From Macrostomum lignano (lineage: Eukaryota), in assembly GCA_002269645.1 (NCBI GenBank), contig NIVC01003961.1:3492-67491 (forward strand): 64,000 nt of DNA. Direction: 5' to 3'. Below are positions 59,296 to 64,000 of this stretch, one piece after another. Below the pieces are notes generated by a model. The model made no database searches. It was not told where the DNA came from and saw nothing but the letters and a program-made list of their open reading frames with translations. Within the stretch, counting starts at the first letter, position 1, and every line of letters begins with the position of its first letter. A program made the translations under genes and the position numbers.

Positions 59296-60999
59296 ATGAA
59301 TGGATGGAAATATACTCATAGTTAACCTTAATCGGACAGTAAATATTTGTTCCGTTTGTCGTATTTTCTAAAGCGATAAAGTTAGCAAACCTATCTTTGC
59401 TAAGGTATATTATTAGTATTAAGTGCTTCGTATTCATTCTTGCAGATTATTGTAGCGATCTTACCGGTACTCGCTCAGCCCCAATAATGAGTCAGCCAAC
59501 GAGTCAGCTCGGTGTATTTCAAAACAACAGTCAGTCCCGCGGCTCCCATCGTATCTCTTTGTTAATTAGTGTGGCAGCAGTAGCAAAAAATTATGGACGA
59601 GCCGCGCTAAAGCTACAAGTTCTTGTCTTCCCCGAAACCCAGGCATGTCCCAAGATATTCGCGGTAAGGTAATACGATGGGCTAAGCAGAGGCTGTTAAA
59701 AGTGTGGTCTTATTATTTTATTACTCTACACTGTCGAGCGGTTCTGATAAGTCTTAATTAATCTGCGATTGCATTTTTCCGCCAGATTTACCTTCCCCTC
59801 ACTACTAAGTGTCCTCTCTCGACAAGATGCGTATTGCAGACTGCCATGCAGCATTCTTATCTTCCCGCTCAGCAGCAGCCTCTCTTTGTGTGCGTGCTTA
59901 TCAAATTGAGCTCCCCTGTTGTCGCTGAAATAATAATTGTTAGCTGATTGAGATGCAAATGAGCAGTTTAGGGAGAAGCGAGCTGTCAATTCGGGTGTAA
60001 AATGCAAAAAAATTTCTGTGAGCACGACAACAGCTGACGGATACCTCGTTTGAATCGTTAATGCCCCCCCCATGCAGTCAGCATATTCAATACAGAGCTC
60101 ATGTATGTGGAAATTTGCTCAGAAGGACACAGATGCTTTTTATAGCCTGCAGATATATAGAGACTTGCTTTGAGGCATTGAGACAAGTCTTATACTTACT
60201 ATCTGACACACCTGTCTGACTGTTGGTAATTGGTAATTTCTTTGGCTCAAATTTACTTTGACTAGATAAGTGGATCGATTGGATGGGAGAAGAAGACGCT
60301 CAGAGGGAGGGATTTGGGATTAAGGTCATGGTCGTCGCGTGCAGGTTGCGTGAGGAGTAGAGAGAGGAGCTTGTGAAAAATCATTTCTTTCGTGTCTAAA
60401 GTTATGAAACTCGTCATAACTACTTCTTCTAAAAGTAGATTCTTTGATTAGAAAAGTTCTACAATGTAAATCTTCAAATAATTTTTGCTCAAGGTATATA
60501 TATTAGATTTTGAAACCTGCATGTTTAGTTGAAGCCATAAAACTGCTTTTATGAGTATATCATGCTGGCACATTGCGTTGAGCAGTTGCTACCCCTAAGG
60601 CAAACATTCGCTTAATTTGTGGGGTGGAGGGTTGAGACTGGGTGTTCCGTATATTAGCTATCGAAGCTGAGCAGACATGACATCTTGTGCTAGCCTGGGC
60701 TCAGGCAAGCGAAGGAAGGGAATCGATGGCCTAATTAAAACGGGATAAAGGAAGTGGAGATGCGAGCGAAGGGCCTCATAACGGATGTGGCTTGATGACT
60801 GAGGTATCATAGATATGGAAAGGCCTTTTAATTACAGTCAATGCATGCCGTGTTTGCCTGCCTGGCCGCCCCCCCCCCCCGGGACTGCGAGCTCAAACTG
60901 TTTGCTCACACGGGGCGTCTGTAAGGCTGGTGAGCAAAGATTAAGCAATGCAGGCAGGTGAGCTGACCGCTTAAACAAATTTTATCTCGAGACCAGGGG

Positions 61000-61150
61000 A
61001 CAGGGAACCTAGCATTCGAGATGGGGACCCCTGGTTCGATTCCGAGCGCGTTCGCATTCATCTGAGGGCTCGTGTGCACGCAAATTGGCGTGACAATGTC
61101 GCCAAAGGCGTTGCGCCACAGGGTGCCCGCAGCCCTCCTGCAACAATATT
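61000..61150 (+). mobile_element. Short tRNA-derived SINE-like element
   Basis: B-box GGTTCGATTCC near 61034-61044; 3' motif gcgccacagggtgcccgcagccc shared with 23980 and 985. Confidence 0.4.
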
Positions 61151-61295
61151 TATTTTTTGAGGTGGTGGCACTGCCCCCCCCCCCCCCCAGATACGACCGT
61201 ATTTGAATTTTATTGCCTAGCTGCAATGAGGGAGTTCAGAGGGGTCAGCTTCCCCCTTAGAAAAATGGGGGGGTGGGTATTTTACAATATTAAAG

Positions 61296-61625
61296 GCAGG
61301 GGGGTTGTGTGCACCCTGGCGCACTTCAAGCGACATTGTCACAACCGGCGAGAGGCATTGCTGCCCATTCCGCCGACTCCCCTGAGCAGGCACACAAGCG
61401 CGCGGATACGTACGCAGTCATACGCACAGGCACACACTCACACAGGAGTGTACAGCGGCCCTAACTTTATATTATCGTTCGGCATGTACACTTCACTGTG
61501 CCTTGGAGGGTTGGCTCTCAAGGCCGTTAATTGCACGAGCAGAGCCAAGCCAAGATTCCAATTTAGCCTCAAATTAATGTGACTGCACTTGGAATCGAGC
61601 CTGGGCCGCTGGTACATCAGAGCGC
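61296..61625 (-). mobile_element. SINE-like dispersed repeat, copy 2 (inverted relative to 682-1008)
   Basis: Reverse-complement match to 682-1008. Confidence 0.65.
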
Positions 61626-62520
61626 CGTGCTGGACCCTGGGAAAAATATCCTGCCTGCTAAACGCAACCTTGCACAAGCGCGCAATGACGAAGGCGCGCA
61701 TTGATTAATTACGAGTATTTAATTGGAATCGCCGGAGTCTTTGTAACAAAAGTTATTTTTGTACTCATCACTTTCGCTCTCGGCTTGTCAAAACTAGGCG
61801 TCACTCGCCATCGCTTATTATATAAAACGTAAAACTGTAAAAGTGCGCGCGGACGGAAGGCATCGCGCTTTTCTAAGAAAGAACTAATTCCTCTAGAAAA
61901 TACAAATAAAAAGTCTTTGTTTGACAATCAGACGGCATTCATTTAAATAGAATTAATATTATGAAGTTTAAAATAGAAGTTTTACACAATAAAATACTAT
62001 TTTTATTTGATTAAAACACGAGCGTATCAAGCACAGAGAAGAGGAGAGTACAGTTTTTAAAAATAAGAGTACGATCGAGACTTTACGACTCGTTACAATT
62101 TTGTCAATTTTATGATACAAGCTTTCAGGATAGTTTTATGAAGAGTATTTTGGGAATTTATTTTCAATTTGTGCTGTACACTTGAACATCTTACGTACAG
62201 CATTTGCAGCATACGACTTAATTATTACTTGATTTTGTTTTAACGCGACTAAACCAATTCATAAAACAATTATTAGCTATGTTACAGCGAGTATTAGTTG
62301 GCTGCGAAAGCAAATCAATTTTTTTGAAACAGTTACACATCTGTCTTTCCGGTTCCTGTCTTTGATTGTTTTGGTTGTTGTCTGCGATTTGTAAGCAATA
62401 AAAGGTGAATAGGTGTAGTGACACTAAATTATAGGTATTAGTCTGTTTGGCCTATTTAATTTGAAAGATAGATTTAAATTATTGGACTTAGTTTAGATTT
62501 GCTGGGCTACAACCCCTAGT

Positions 62521-62760
62521 TAGAGCGTTAGAGGTCAGAGCGTCGGACTCACGACTGGAAGGTCGGGGGTTCGATTCTCGACCCACTCAGAACAACTTGT
62601 GTCCTTCAGCAGGACACTTAACTCTGCATTGCTTCAGTTCACCCAGCTGTAAAATGGGTGCCAGCATTAGCTGGGGTAATTGAGGGTGTGTGTGGCGACC
62701 CCCCCCCCCAGTCCTTGGACTGAACAGCCGTACGCAGCCTTCAGATGCGCCGCGCAATAG
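62521..62760 (+). mobile_element. tRNA-derived SINE with CORE-like central domain
   Basis: tRNA-like head agagcgtcggactc...ggaaggtcgggggttcgattct (B-box 62568-62578), then gtgtccttcagcaggacacttaactc...ctgtaaaatggg resembling the CORE/MIR central domain. Confidence 0.7.
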
Positions 62761-63239
62761 CTGCGGCTGAGCTGTCGGTTGCACATCTGGCCATTAGCGC
62801 AGGTGTAATCAATTATTCTAATTACTTTTCTGGAGTTTCAGAATTCAATGATCTGCAAGCATTTTTAATTTACAGATCAGAAAAAAGATTTTTGAAAAAA
62901 GTATTTGAGAAGATAATTGCTTTTTTAGAACACACCACGTGATTCTCTTTTTCGCTAATGCTTATCTAAGCAAAATGAGCCTTCAAATAAAATTCCTACA
63001 GTGTTGCGGCCTGATGGCCTAATCGCGCGAGGACAGGAAAGACGAGACACATCCTTCCGTTCAAAAGAGCCTCTCTAACAGGAGATTTTGTTGCTGATGC
63101 TGTTCAGGCTATTCCGTCATCTCTCTACCAGCGGTCCTTTGTTCGAATCTGCCGCTTGGCCGTCACACGAACGAGCTGGCCTGCTGCTGGAACAGCGCTG
63201 GCTGAAATCTGCCGACCGTGGCCGACCTGCCCGATGTCG

Positions 63240-63651
<412 letters not shown>

Positions 63652-63756
63652 TTATGATACCCAAAGTCATCAACTTCGTTGATGGTAGAAATCTGTGCCC
63701 CACCCCAAATAAACGGAAATTTTGCTCTTAATTATGTGGAAATTTAGCATTAGTGT

Positions 63757-64000
63757 TGAGAAATCCAGTGAGAATTCCCTCCTTCTGAGAAATCCCCCCC
63801 TCTTCAGTGAGAAATTCCCCCCTCTTCAAGTGAGAAATTCCCCCTCTTTCAAATGAGAAATTCCCCCCTCTTCAAGTAAGAAACCCCCCCCTCTTCAAGT
63901 GACAAATTCCCCCCTCTTCAATGAGAAATTCCCCCTCTTCAAGTAAGAAACCCCCCCTCTTCAAGTGACAAATTCCCCCCTCTTCAATTGAGAAATTCCC
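63757..64000. repeat. Minisatellite, ~22-24 bp unit (gagaaattccccctcttcaagt), runs off the window
   Basis: Directly visible. Confidence 0.92.

Overview
Eukaryotic (animal) genomic DNA. GC-rich exons, GT-AG introns packed with minisatellites and RTE-type LINE remnants suggest a free-living flatworm such as Macrostomum (inference from sequence style, not tested). I reconstructed frame-consistent spliced models for a stathmin-domain gene (minus, 5 exons), DNAJC1 (minus, 2 exons) and CYLD (plus, 8 exons). Single-exon CDSs are ETFRF1/LYRM5 (minus), a secreted Glu/Lys/His-rich repeat protein (plus) and a neuropeptide precursor releasing 11 copies of a (W)QYNGGMF-amide that aligns with SIFamide/NLP-10 peptides (plus). 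A C2H2 zinc-finger exon carrying three SUMO-interacting motifs lacks an identified first exon. About 20 different tandem arrays occupy roughly a third of the window. A ~12 kb AT-rich block (35.2-47.3 kb) holds nested transposons: a MITE inserted into a copy of itself, a 3.8 kb element with ~400 bp inverted arms carrying a frameshifted two-exon PHD-finger gene, and strongly CpG-depleted LINE debris. tRNA-derived SINE-like elements are scattered through the window. Most long ORFs in the supplied track are artefacts of tandem repeats or antisense shadows. No tools were run; all homology calls come from motif recognition.
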